From assembly GCA_963674755.2 (NCBI GenBank), contig CAXXVS010000002.1, positions 256,001 through 320,000 on the forward strand: a DNA stretch of 64,000 nt, in the 5' to 3' direction. The notes under the pieces are model-generated. The model made no database searches and was not told the DNA's origin. It worked only from the letters and a program-made list of their open reading frames with translations. Origin of the DNA: Desulfobacterales bacterium. GTDB taxonomy: Bacteria; Desulfobacterota; Desulfobacteria; Desulfobacterales; UBA5852. This document shows positions 10,687 through 19,121 of this stretch, piece by piece (the first letter of the stretch is position 1; each line of letters opens with the position of its first letter). A program made the position numbers and the translations under genes.

Positions 10687-13068
10687 CTAGACGTCATAAC
10701 TGTGGCGTTGGATAATCTCATCCTGGGCGATATCGCTCAGGTTGACGAAAATGCCCGAATAGCCGCTGATGCGCACCACCAGGTCCCTGTAGCTGTCCGG
10801 ATCGGCCTGGGCCTGTTGCAGGGTCTCGCTGTCCACCATGTTGAACTGCACCTGCAGGCCGCCCTTTTTGAAGTAAGCCCGGATGAGGGTCAGCAGGTGG
10901 CTGCTGTTCACGGCTTTGCCGTCAAAGCGCATATTAAGGTTCAGCCCGTTGTAGACCCGGGTGAGGGGCAGCTTGGTGACCGAATTCATCACGGCGGTCG
11001 GCCCGGACACGGCCCGCCCTTCGCTGGGCGTAATCCCGTTGCCCAGGACCGCCCCGGCATAGCGGCCGTCCGGGGTGGCGCCGGTGAAGGCCCCCATGGA
11101 GATGTGGAACCCCACCGAGAAAATCCCCGGCCAGAACCGGCCATGGCGGAAGTTTTTGTGCTTTTCCAGGGTATCGCAAAAGTGATTCATCACCCGGACG
11201 GCCATGCCGTCCACGGCATCGTCGTCGTTACCGTATTTGGCCACTTTATTCAGGAAGTAGGCCCGGGCCTTCTCCGCATCCATCCAGTCGTCGGACAGCC
11301 ACTCGGCCACCTGGCCCAACGTGTAGCGCCCCTCATCGAACACGGCCGTTTTCAGGGCGTAGAGACTGTCCGCCAGGTTGGAAAAGCCTTGCAGCTGTAC
11401 CCCGGTGGAATTGTAGATGGCCCCGCCGCGGGTCAGATCCAGCCCTTTTTCCAGGGGGCCGTCGATCATGGCCGACGCAAAGGGCGAGGGGACTTTCTCG
11501 GCAATGGCCCGATCCAGGCAGGTAATGCCTTTGACCATCTGGGCGATGAAATGGCGCAGCTGGGCATCGTAGGCCTGCCACAGCGTTTCAAAATCCTTGA
11601 ACTGGGCCGGATCCCCGGTCTTCAGGCCCGATTCGTACCCGAAGATGTTGTCCACCCCGTTGGCCAGGGCAAACTCCAGACACTTGATGCCGCTCAACTG
11701 CACCGCAAAAGTCGAGCCGAAAGTTTTGCCCTGGGCATTGGGTTCCAGGCACCCCACCACACCATAGTCCCGGGCATCTTCCAGGCTGTGCCCCCCGGCC
11801 ACCAGGGATTTGACAATTTGCTCATCATTGAAAAAGTGCAGGAGAACCCCGTCTTTGGCATATTTCACCGCCCGGGCGAAAAACAGGTCAGGGGCCTTGC
11901 CGGACAAGCGGACACCGAAATTGGGCTGAACGGTCCGCACCTGGGCATAGGCATCCAGGGCCAGGGTGCTCAGGGCATTGGTGGCATCGCGCCCCTGCCG
12001 GTCGAGACCGCCCACCACCACATTCTGGGTCGTCTTGCCTTCGGTGCCTTCCCCTCCCGGAATGTAGGCCTCTTCCAGCACATTCCAGATTTCATTGGTT
12101 TTCAGAAACAGCATGGCCAGCAGCTCCCGGGCCTCGCCCGGATCGATGCGGCCGGCGGCCAGATCGGCTTGATAATAGGGCCAGAGGATCTGGTCGATAC
12201 GACCCAGGGATACGGAATTGCCGCCCGATTCGATCTGGGCCACCAGATGAATGAAATAGAGCGCCTGGACCGCTTCATGAAAGGTGCGGGCCGGATGTTC
12301 CGGGACCCGGCGGCAGACGGCGGCCATCTGTTCGAGCTCGGTCCTCCGCCCCGGATCCTTTTCACGCCGGGCCAGTTCGACGGCATGGTCCGCATAGCGC
12401 CGGGCAAAGGTCACCGTGGCCGCCAGTGAACGGATGACGGCATCGTAGAAGAACCCTTTGGTTCCCTGCTGTTCAGCTTGCGGAAGCGCTGCCCGCTTGT
12501 CACGGGCCGCTGCCATGATCCCCGCCAGACCCTGCGCCAGGACCCGGCTGTGATTCATGGTGAAATGGCCGATGCCGTAGGTGATTTCGAGCATGAAGGT
12601 GAAAATGTACTTGTCCATATCCGCCATGACATCATCCGGCAGGGCTTCCTCGAAACCGACTTCCACGCAACGCTCTTCCCAGAAGGGGAGAATGTCTTCG
12701 AGCAGCTCCCTTTTCTCCGCTTCGGTAATCAGGGCCCGCTGCACTTCACGCCGGTCGAAATTTTCGACATCGCCCTCCAGCCAGCGGGCCTTGTTCTCCG
12801 GAAACAGGGGCGCTCCCTTCAACTTGGCGGTGCGGCACCCGACGATACGCTCCTCGGCACGGATGATCACGCTGATGCTGCCAAGGATCTCTTCCAGGGC
12901 CTTGCTCATGCGGGTCAGCGGGTCCCGGTCCCAGTTGGCGCGCATGGCCCGTGTCAGGTAGCGGGCCCGCTCCACGCAAACCTCCTGGGGCGCATCGATG
13001 ATGCGTTGCCTGAGGCGTCCGATGCGGCTATTTGGCGTTCGATCCGGTGTAACGAGTGCGGTTTCCAT
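10687..13068 (-). CDS. Glycyl radical enzyme (PFL2/dehydratase-like), substrate unknown
   Basis: SLGRIDQ, GCLEP thiyl loop, ATPDGR, C-terminal LVVRISGYS glycyl motif; GGAGG RBS before ATG 13068. Confidence 0.93.
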   Translation of the reverse strand: METALVTPDRTPNSRIGRLRQRIIDAPQEVCVERARYLTRAMRANWDRDPLTRMSKALEEILGSISVIIRAEERIVGCRTAKLKGAPLFPENKARWLEGDVENFDRREVQRALITEAEKRELLEDILPFWEERCVEVGFEEALPDDVMADMDKYIFTFMLEITYGIGHFTMNHSRVLAQGLAGIMAAARDKRAALPQAEQQGTKGFFYDAVIRSLAATVTFARRYADHAVELARREKDPGRRTELEQMAAVCRRVPEHPARTFHEAVQALYFIHLVAQIESGGNSVSLGRIDQILWPYYQADLAAGRIDPGEARELLAMLFLKTNEIWNVLEEAYIPGGEGTEGKTTQNVVVGGLDRQGRDATNALSTLALDAYAQVRTVQPNFGVRLSGKAPDLFFARAVKYAKDGVLLHFFNDEQIVKSLVAGGHSLEDARDYGVVGCLEPNAQGKTFGSTFAVQLSGIKCLEFALANGVDNIFGYESGLKTGDPAQFKDFETLWQAYDAQLRHFIAQMVKGITCLDRAIAEKVPSPFASAMIDGPLEKGLDLTRGGAIYNSTGVQLQGFSNLADSLYALKTAVFDEGRYTLGQVAEWLSDDWMDAEKARAYFLNKVAKYGNDDDAVDGMAVRVMNHFCDTLEKHKNFRHGRFWPGIFSVGFHISMGAFTGATPDGRYAGAVLGNGITPSEGRAVSGPTAVMNSVTKLPLTRVYNGLNLNMRFDGKAVNSSHLLTLIRAYFKKGGLQVQFNMVDSETLQQAQADPDSYRDLVVRISGYSGIFVNLSDIAQDEIIQRHSYDV

Positions 13069-13117
13069 GGGGTCCTCCCACATTCCTTGATGAATCCCTG
13101 AGAAGTAAACATTCCGG

Positions 13118-13592
13118 CGGTTTCGTAAAACGTCCGAGATCAAAGCTTGCGGATCTCGAGGAGGGAGGCGTACGTTTCGTACGCCGCACTGACGAGAGAT
13201 TCGCGTAACGCTGATCTTTAGTTTCGATCTAAGCCCTCCACTTCCGGTGGAATACCCGGAGAGGTTCTACCGATCCGGGGTGCTTTTTTATAAGCGGATT
13301 CTTCATTTTCTTGCGCGTGCAAGAAAACGGAAACAAAAGAAAACGCCCGTGTCTCGCTTAACCCTGCGCGTCGTCGACACGTCCGGAGCGCGCGGAAACT
13401 CGCTTCGCTCAGACAGTCCGCGCACTTTTATCCGGCCGCATCGCCGATGCTCGGCGCGGGACAAAGGGAAATTCAAAACCAAAACCTCAAAAACTGTTTT
13501 CAAGCCCCCTTCGAAGGGGCTTCCTGAGGCCTCCCGCTAAGCGGGAGGAGGCGCACTCCCCCTCCCCAGGGGAAGCACGTTTTACGAAACCG
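13118..13592. repeat. Nested non-autonomous repeat element with 16-bp perfect terminal inverted repeats
   Basis: cggtttcgtaaaacgt (13118-13133) vs acgttttacgaaaccg (13577-13592); internal hairpins ggcgtac/gtacgcc and ttttcttgc/gcaagaaaa. Confidence 0.7.
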
Positions 13593-14423
13593 TCACGCCT
13601 TGATATTCATATGGTTGAGCAGAATCATATCCCGGATGCGCTTGGGCAGGATCCAGTTCAGAAATAGAAAAAAAGAACTCATAAAATCCACCTGGTTGTG
13701 GAGTTTGGGCTTGTCCGCCAGCAGCACCTTGACGATTCGATCCGCCGCCTGGGCGGGCGTCGTAGCGTTCTTGATGAGGTCATTGTCACGGTCGATAAAC
13801 CTCCGGGCACGCTCCCGGTAGGGCGAGCCTTCCGGCGGCAGCTTGTGGATCTTGGCCGCAAAGCCGGTGGATACCTGGGCCGGCTCGATGAGCGCCACTT
13901 GCAGGCCGAAAGGCGCGACTTCGTATTGAAGGGCTTCGGCCATGCCTTCGATGGCAAACTTGCTGGCCGTATAAATGGATTCGAAGGGGAAGGGGACCAC
14001 TCCCACCAGGGAAGACATGGCAACCAGTTTGCCGGCCTTTTGCTGCCGCATGGCGGGAATAAACGCCTGGAAGATGGACGCGGCCCCGATCACGTTGATC
14101 TCGAGGCACTTGAGCGCTTTTTCGAGATCGATCTCTTCGAAAGGGCCGAAGAAGCCAATGCCCACATTGGACAAAACCGTGTCCACCCGCCCGAATTTCG
14201 CAAGGACGTCATCCCGAAAGCGCAACACCTCCTCGCGATGCGTAATATCCAGGGCGACGAGGTGGTGTTCGACGCCAAGGCCGTCCAGTTCCTCTCTGAG
14301 GGCCTCCAGTTCGGCGGCATCCAGGTCGAAGCCCGCGATACGGCTGCCGCGCTTGGCCAAACGGAGGGCCACATCGCGGCCCATCCCCTGGGCCAGACCG
14401 GTAATGACGATAACCTGCCCCAT
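13593..14423 (-). CDS. Short-chain dehydrogenase/reductase
   Basis: TGLAQGMG Rossmann motif, YTASK catalytic motif. Confidence 0.93.
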   Translation of the reverse strand: MGQVIVITGLAQGMGRDVALRLAKRGSRIAGFDLDAAELEALREELDGLGVEHHLVALDITHREEVLRFRDDVLAKFGRVDTVLSNVGIGFFGPFEEIDLEKALKCLEINVIGAASIFQAFIPAMRQQKAGKLVAMSSLVGVVPFPFESIYTASKFAIEGMAEALQYEVAPFGLQVALIEPAQVSTGFAAKIHKLPPEGSPYRERARRFIDRDNDLIKNATTPAQAADRIVKVLLADKPKLHNQVDFMSSFFLFLNWILPKRIRDMILLNHMNIKA

Positions 14424-14445
14424 TTTACCCCCTTTTGGAAAACGA

Positions 14446-15429
14446 TCAGTGGGCCTGTCGATACCAGGCGCGCATCTGATTCATGGATACCTTGAAATCG
14501 GGATACGCCAGCCTGAAGCCCGTTGCTTTCAGCTTCGTGGTATCGACGATATAGTCGTCGTACAGGAATGCGGTGGCGTCGTACTCGAGGTCCGGAATTT
14601 TGTCGCACAGGCCGGCGAAAAACCCGCCGATACGGGCCGCTGTCCGCACGACGGACAGCGGCAGGTGCCGGGTCGGCGGACGGGTGCCGAATGTTTTCGC
14701 CGCCAGGGTCAGGGCTTCTTCCAGCGTCGGATTGGTATCTTCGGCCAGGTTGTAGGCTTGGCCACGGGCTTCATCCTGCAGGGAAAGGTGCAGCAGGGCC
14801 CCTGCCACATCTTCCGCCCGGATATTCGCCAATCGCTGACGGCCGCTCCCGGGTATCGCCCCGATGGAACTCGGCCTGGAAAATACTTTCCCGGCCCCGT
14901 CGTTGCAGCGGGGTCCGTATACCGTACAGGGCCGGGCAATCACGGCCGGCAGACCCTCCTCGATCCTGCCGAAAATGACATCTTCGCCATTTTTCTTGCT
15001 CCGCCCATAATCATTGCAGGGTTCGCGCGGGTCGTCCTCCCGGAAAGGGCGGCCGCGGTAGCGGCCGTAGACGCTCGTGGAGGTCACATGAATGAAACTG
15101 TGCACGCCTTTCTCCAGCGCCAGCCCCGACAGGGTTTTCACCCCGTCCACGTTGGTGGGACGCAGCTTTGAATAGGGGGTGGAAAAGTTGCAGATGGCGC
15201 CCAGGTGAAACACACGGTCCACCGGCCCTTCGAAAAGAGCCGGCAGGGTTTCCGGCCGGGTCAGATCAGCCCCGACATATTCGACGCCCAGCCGGTCAAA
15301 AAACGAGGTATCCTTCCGGGGCCGGGAGGTTGCCCGGACCTGAATTCCCGCTTTGACCAGATGTTCAACCAGGTGGCTGCCCATAAAACCGGCCGCACCC
15401 GTTACGAGAGAAATGCCGTCCAAAACCAT
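14446..15429 (-). CDS. NAD-dependent epimerase/dehydratase (extended SDR, 3-beta-HSD-like)
   Basis: LVTGAAGFMG, YGRSK, ARP..VYGP. Confidence 0.9.
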   Translation of the reverse strand: MVLDGISLVTGAAGFMGSHLVEHLVKAGIQVRATSRPRKDTSFFDRLGVEYVGADLTRPETLPALFEGPVDRVFHLGAICNFSTPYSKLRPTNVDGVKTLSGLALEKGVHSFIHVTSTSVYGRYRGRPFREDDPREPCNDYGRSKKNGEDVIFGRIEEGLPAVIARPCTVYGPRCNDGAGKVFSRPSSIGAIPGSGRQRLANIRAEDVAGALLHLSLQDEARGQAYNLAEDTNPTLEEALTLAAKTFGTRPPTRHLPLSVVRTAARIGGFFAGLCDKIPDLEYDATAFLYDDYIVDTTKLKATGFRLAYPDFKVSMNQMRAWYRQAH

Positions 15430-15446
15430 TTTCAATCTCCGCCCAA

Positions 15447-16040
15447 TCAGAAAAGCGCTTCATCTTCGGTCAAGGAAAGACAGGCCTGGTCCTCGTTCTC
15501 CCGTTCCGCCTCCAGCAGCTCCTGACGGGCATGCTTGAGCCAGTCCAGAAACACTTCATTCATACGAACGCCCAGCTCGGCCATGAGCTTTACATAGGTG
15601 CCCCTGTGCTCCCAGCGCTGAAGATTGACATAGCGGCGCGCCAACTGCTTCTCGTAAGCTTTCAGTTGTTCTTCAATCAGTTCACCGGCGCGATCCTTAT
15701 CGCCAAACCCGAAAAATACGAACCGCATTAAAAAGGGGTCGCGCAGGATCATGCTGCCTTCCGGTGATTGGGCCAGCCAACCCCGGAAAGCCTCCTTGCC
15801 GGCCGTGGTGATGGCGTAGCGCTTGCGGGGCGGGCCTTTTTCACCCATGCGGACCTCTTCCTCCATCGAAATAAGGCCCTCGGCCCTCAGCTTTTTAAGG
15901 TTGGGATAGATCTGACCATAGTTGATGGTCCACATGTGACCGAAATGCTCTTCTATCACTTCTTTGATGCGATACCCGTGCAGGTCGCGGTAGTGCAGGA
16001 GCCCCAGTATGGTATATTTGATGGACATTTTCCCCGTCAT
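15447..16040 (-). CDS. PadR family transcriptional regulator (start may be 16028)
   Basis: ILGLL...HGYRIK...GQIYPNLKKL...RKRYAITTAGKE. Confidence 0.92.
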   Translation of the reverse strand: MTGKMSIKYTILGLLHYRDLHGYRIKEVIEEHFGHMWTINYGQIYPNLKKLRAEGLISMEEEVRMGEKGPPRKRYAITTAGKEAFRGWLAQSPEGSMILRDPFLMRFVFFGFGDKDRAGELIEEQLKAYEKQLARRYVNLQRWEHRGTYVKLMAELGVRMNEVFLDWLKHARQELLEAERENEDQACLSLTEDEALF

Positions 16041-16109
16041 TTCCAGCGGGTGCCTTTACCAGGTATCCGCTGACATCATTAGCTTGTTATGGAAGGGGTT
16101 ATTGCAATT

Positions 16110-16160
16110 ATGAATACAATATATTTTCTATATATATATTTTGTATATAATGAGTCAAGA
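16110..16160 (-). promoter_or_regulatory. Probable sigma70 promoter and AT-rich inverted repeat (candidate PadR operator)
   Basis: Minus strand TTGACT ... TATATA; imperfect IR tacaatatat...atattttgta. Confidence 0.4.
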
Positions 16161-16336
16161 GCTTTTAGGGCAAGGTTTGGTATTCAGAGGCTTCCATCTG
16201 AAAGTATTGAGGAGCGCCGCGCGTCAATATACCGTCGACAATGTCATGTGCGACAGTGACAAACACTTCGATTCGGTTCTAATCCGCTGATCATTTGAGC
16301 TCCAAAAAGTCGGATCCAGGGAAAGAGGCTACGAGC

Positions 16337-16753
16337 GTGCTTGAACTTGCGATTGCAATTGCCGCGAAGGTCCACGCGGGAAAAGTGGACAAGGTCGGCG
16401 CGCCCTATATCCTCCACCCCCGTCGTGTGATGCTGAAAATGGAGACTTCCGAAGAGCAGATGGCCGCGGTTCTCCGCGATGTGGTCGAGGACAGCGACAC
16501 GACGCTCGATGATCTCAGAAACGAAGGCCTCGCGGACGCGGTTGTCGATGCGGTCGATGCCGTCACGATACGGTCCGGTGAGTTCTATGATGAATTCGTG
16601 CGGCGGGCAGCGCTCAAGCCAATCGGCAGGCGCGTGAAACTTGCCGACCTGGAGGACAACAGCGACCGGTCACGCATCGCCAATCCGACGGAAGAAAATG
16701 ACGGACGCCTTGCGAAGTACAAGCGCGCTATCCACACCATTCGTCACAACTGA
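16337..16753 (+). CDS. Small HD-domain (p)ppGpp hydrolase-like protein, HD motif altered to RD
   Basis: HAGKVDK.GAPYILHP..V...AAVLRDVVED...VKLADLEDN; the canonical LHD reads LRD. Confidence 0.8.
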   Translation: MLELAIAIAAKVHAGKVDKVGAPYILHPRRVMLKMETSEEQMAAVLRDVVEDSDTTLDDLRNEGLADAVVDAVDAVTIRSGEFYDEFVRRAALKPIGRRVKLADLEDNSDRSRIANPTEENDGRLAKYKRAIHTIRHN

Positions 16754-16790
16754 TTGACATTATGTTGTTTATTTTAGTATCAACGACAAA

Positions 16791-16865
16791 GCATGACAAC
16801 ACCAAACCCGGTGGGAACCGGGGACGTAAAGCCACGGGTCCGAAGGGGATGGCCAGGTTGCTGAC
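16791..16865 (+). promoter_or_regulatory. GEMM-I cyclic dinucleotide riboswitch, A20 (3',3'-cGAMP-type) variant
   Basis: gacaacAccaaacc-cggt-GGGA-accg-gggacgtaaagccacgggtcc...ggatggccaggttgctga matches GEMM-I architecture; TTGACA at 16754. Confidence 0.8.
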
Positions 16866-16876
16866 GGATGGATTAG

Positions 16877-16911
16877 AAACCCGGGACCCGACTGGTCCGC
16901 GGGTTTTTTTT
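16877..16911 (+). terminator. Intrinsic terminator (riboswitch expression platform)
   Basis: aaacccgggacc-cgact-ggtccgcggg followed by T8. Confidence 0.8.
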
Positions 16912-17043
16912 GTGGCATGCGCCTCAACTTCAACCTCGCCTTACAATCTCCCCGACTAAGAAGGGGCGACTGCCGCCGATGCGGCATTGCTTATTGGGCG
17001 AAAAAGTATTCCCCCACTGGTTCAGCTAAGGACTGAAAACACT

Positions 17044-18489
17044 GTGCCCCTCGACTACACCACCCTTGATCTGCTCCGTCGCAACAATCCGGCCTGGCGC
17101 CTGCTGCGGTCGGATCACGCACCGTTGGTGGTCAGCTTTTTCCAGCGGGTATTTGTCGACGCCAATGTGCGGTCGATCTCCCAGGCCGACCTGGTGGAAG
17201 CTCTCGAGGACGAACTGTTCGCCCTGCGGGAGCGCTTGGGGAATGACGCATTCCCCAAGTCGGCCCAGCAATATCTCAACGACTGGGCGGACAACGCAAA
17301 AGGGTGGCTGCGCAAGTTTTATCCCTCCGGGTCGGACGCCCCCCATTTCGACCTGACCCCCTCCACCGAGAAAGCGATTAGCTGGCTGGCGAGCCTGACC
17401 GAGCGCGCCTTTGTGGGAACGGAATCGCGCCTGCTGACCTTGTTCGAACTCCTGCGGCAGATGCGCGAGGGGACCGAGACCGATCCCGACACGCGTATTG
17501 CCGAACTGACCAGGCGGCGTGCCGAGATCGACGCGGACATCGCCAGGGTCGAAGCCGGCGAGGTTCCCGTACTGACCGACACAGCCCTCAAAGACCGTTT
17601 TCAACAGTTCCTCCAGATGGCTCGCGAGCTGCTCGCCGATTTCCGCGAGGTGGAACACAACTTTCGCCTCCTCGATCGCAAGGTCCGTGAGCGCATTGCG
17701 TTGTGGGACGGTACCAAGGGCGCATTGCTCGAAGAGATCATGGGGGAGCGGGATGCCATCGCCGATTCCGACCAGGGCAAGAGTTTTCACGCATTCTGGG
17801 ATTTTCTCATGTCCCAGCGTCGCCAGGAGGAGTTGACCCAACTTTTGGAGGACGTTTTGGATCTTCCGCCGGTGGCCGAGTTGAACCCCGACCCGCGCCT
17901 ACGTCGGGTCCACTACGACTGGCTCGAGGCCGGCGAGGTCACCCAGCGCACGGTGGCGCGTTTGTCCCAGCAGCAGCGGCGGTTTCTCGACGACAAGGCC
18001 TGGCTGGAGAACCGGCGTATCATGGACATCCTGCACGGCATCGAAGCCAAATCCCTGGAGGTCCGCGAAACCGCGCCTTCCGGCGATTTCATGCCGTTGG
18101 ACGACAGCGCGGTCACCGTCGATCTTCCCCTGGAGCGGCCCCTGTTCCGTCCGCCGGTCCGCCCGCAGATTGCCGACGTGGCGCTGGAACCAGGGGAGGG
18201 CGAGGTCGATGCCGCAGCCCTGTTCGCCCAGGTGGTGGTGGACCGGGAAGCGCTCGTGCGGCACCTCCGCCAGGCACTGCAGTCCCGCTCCCAGGTCAGT
18301 CTCGAAGAGCTGGTGGCAGCACGCCCCCTACGCCAGGGCTTGGCGGAGCTGATCGCCTACCTGCAGTTGGCCGGCGAATGGCCCCACGCCGTGGTGGACG
18401 AGCAAACCATTACGCGGATCCAATGGGAAATGGAAGGGGACACGGTGCGGCGGGCTTCCCTGCCACGGATCATCTTTGTGAGGGATTAA
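17044..18489 (+). CDS. jetA: Wadjet JetA (DUF3375)
   Basis: PAWRLLRSDHAPLV.SF...GWLRKFY...FVGTESRL...SDQGKSF.AFWDFL; first of four-gene Wadjet order. Confidence 0.9.
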   Translation: MPLDYTTLDLLRRNNPAWRLLRSDHAPLVVSFFQRVFVDANVRSISQADLVEALEDELFALRERLGNDAFPKSAQQYLNDWADNAKGWLRKFYPSGSDAPHFDLTPSTEKAISWLASLTERAFVGTESRLLTLFELLRQMREGTETDPDTRIAELTRRRAEIDADIARVEAGEVPVLTDTALKDRFQQFLQMARELLADFREVEHNFRLLDRKVRERIALWDGTKGALLEEIMGERDAIADSDQGKSFHAFWDFLMSQRRQEELTQLLEDVLDLPPVAELNPDPRLRRVHYDWLEAGEVTQRTVARLSQQQRRFLDDKAWLENRRIMDILHGIEAKSLEVRETAPSGDFMPLDDSAVTVDLPLERPLFRPPVRPQIADVALEPGEGEVDAAALFAQVVVDREALVRHLRQALQSRSQVSLEELVAARPLRQGLAELIAYLQLAGEWPHAVVDEQTITRIQWEMEGDTVRRASLPRIIFVRD

Positions 18490-18491
18490 AA

Positions 18492-19121
18492 ATGGACGAT
18501 TTGGAACCCGCAGCGCAATCCCCTTCAAACGATCACAACCTCTCGGAGGTGGTTGTCCCCCTGCTCAAGGGCGTGCTCTACATGGCGGACAACCCGGCCC
18601 AGTGGAACGCCCTGCTGGACCTGCAGTTTCGCGTGCGCGACTATGTCGCCGTGCTCGGGCTGGAGCTGATGCTGGACGAGGCCGAAGGCTACGCCTACCT
18701 GCGGTCCTTCCCGGAGGAAGAGGGCCCCGACAGCCTCAAACGGCCGCGGCTGGTGGCCCGCCGGCAACTCTCCTTTCCGGTCAGCCTGCTGTTGGCCCTG
18801 TTGCGCAAGAAGCTGGCGGAGTTCGACGCGCGGGGCGGCGACACCCGCTTGATCCTCACGCGCGAGGAGATCGTGGAACTGATCCGGGTGTATCTGCCCG
18901 AGGGCACCAACGAAACCCGTTTGATCGACCAGGTCGGGACCCACCTGAACAAGGTCGCCGACCTCGGCTTTATCCGCCGCCTGCGGGGCCAGTCCAACAC
19001 GTTCGAGGTCCGCCGCATCCTCAAGGCCTTTGTGGATGCCCAGTGGCTGGCGGAATTCGATCAGCGCCTGGCCGATTACCGGCAGCACCTGACACAGACC
19101 GGGGAGGGGAACGATGGCTGA
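18492..19121 (+). CDS. jetB: Wadjet JetB (DUF4194)
   Basis: [24 protein letters not shown]...[13 protein letters not shown]...[13 protein letters not shown]. Confidence 0.9.
   Translation: MDDLEPAAQSPSNDHNLSEVVVPLLKGVLYMADNPAQWNALLDLQFRVRDYVAVLGLELMLDEAEGYAYLRSFPEEEGPDSLKRPRLVARRQLSFPVSLLLALLRKKLAEFDARGGDTRLILTREEIVELIRVYLPEGTNETRLIDQVGTHLNKVADLGFIRRLRGQSNTFEVRRILKAFVDAQWLAEFDQRLADYRQHLTQTGEGNDG

Noticed and set aside
10627..12429. 600-aa plus-strand ORF and many other long antisense ORFs
   Set aside because: Shadow frames of well-supported genes in GC-rich DNA; no motifs
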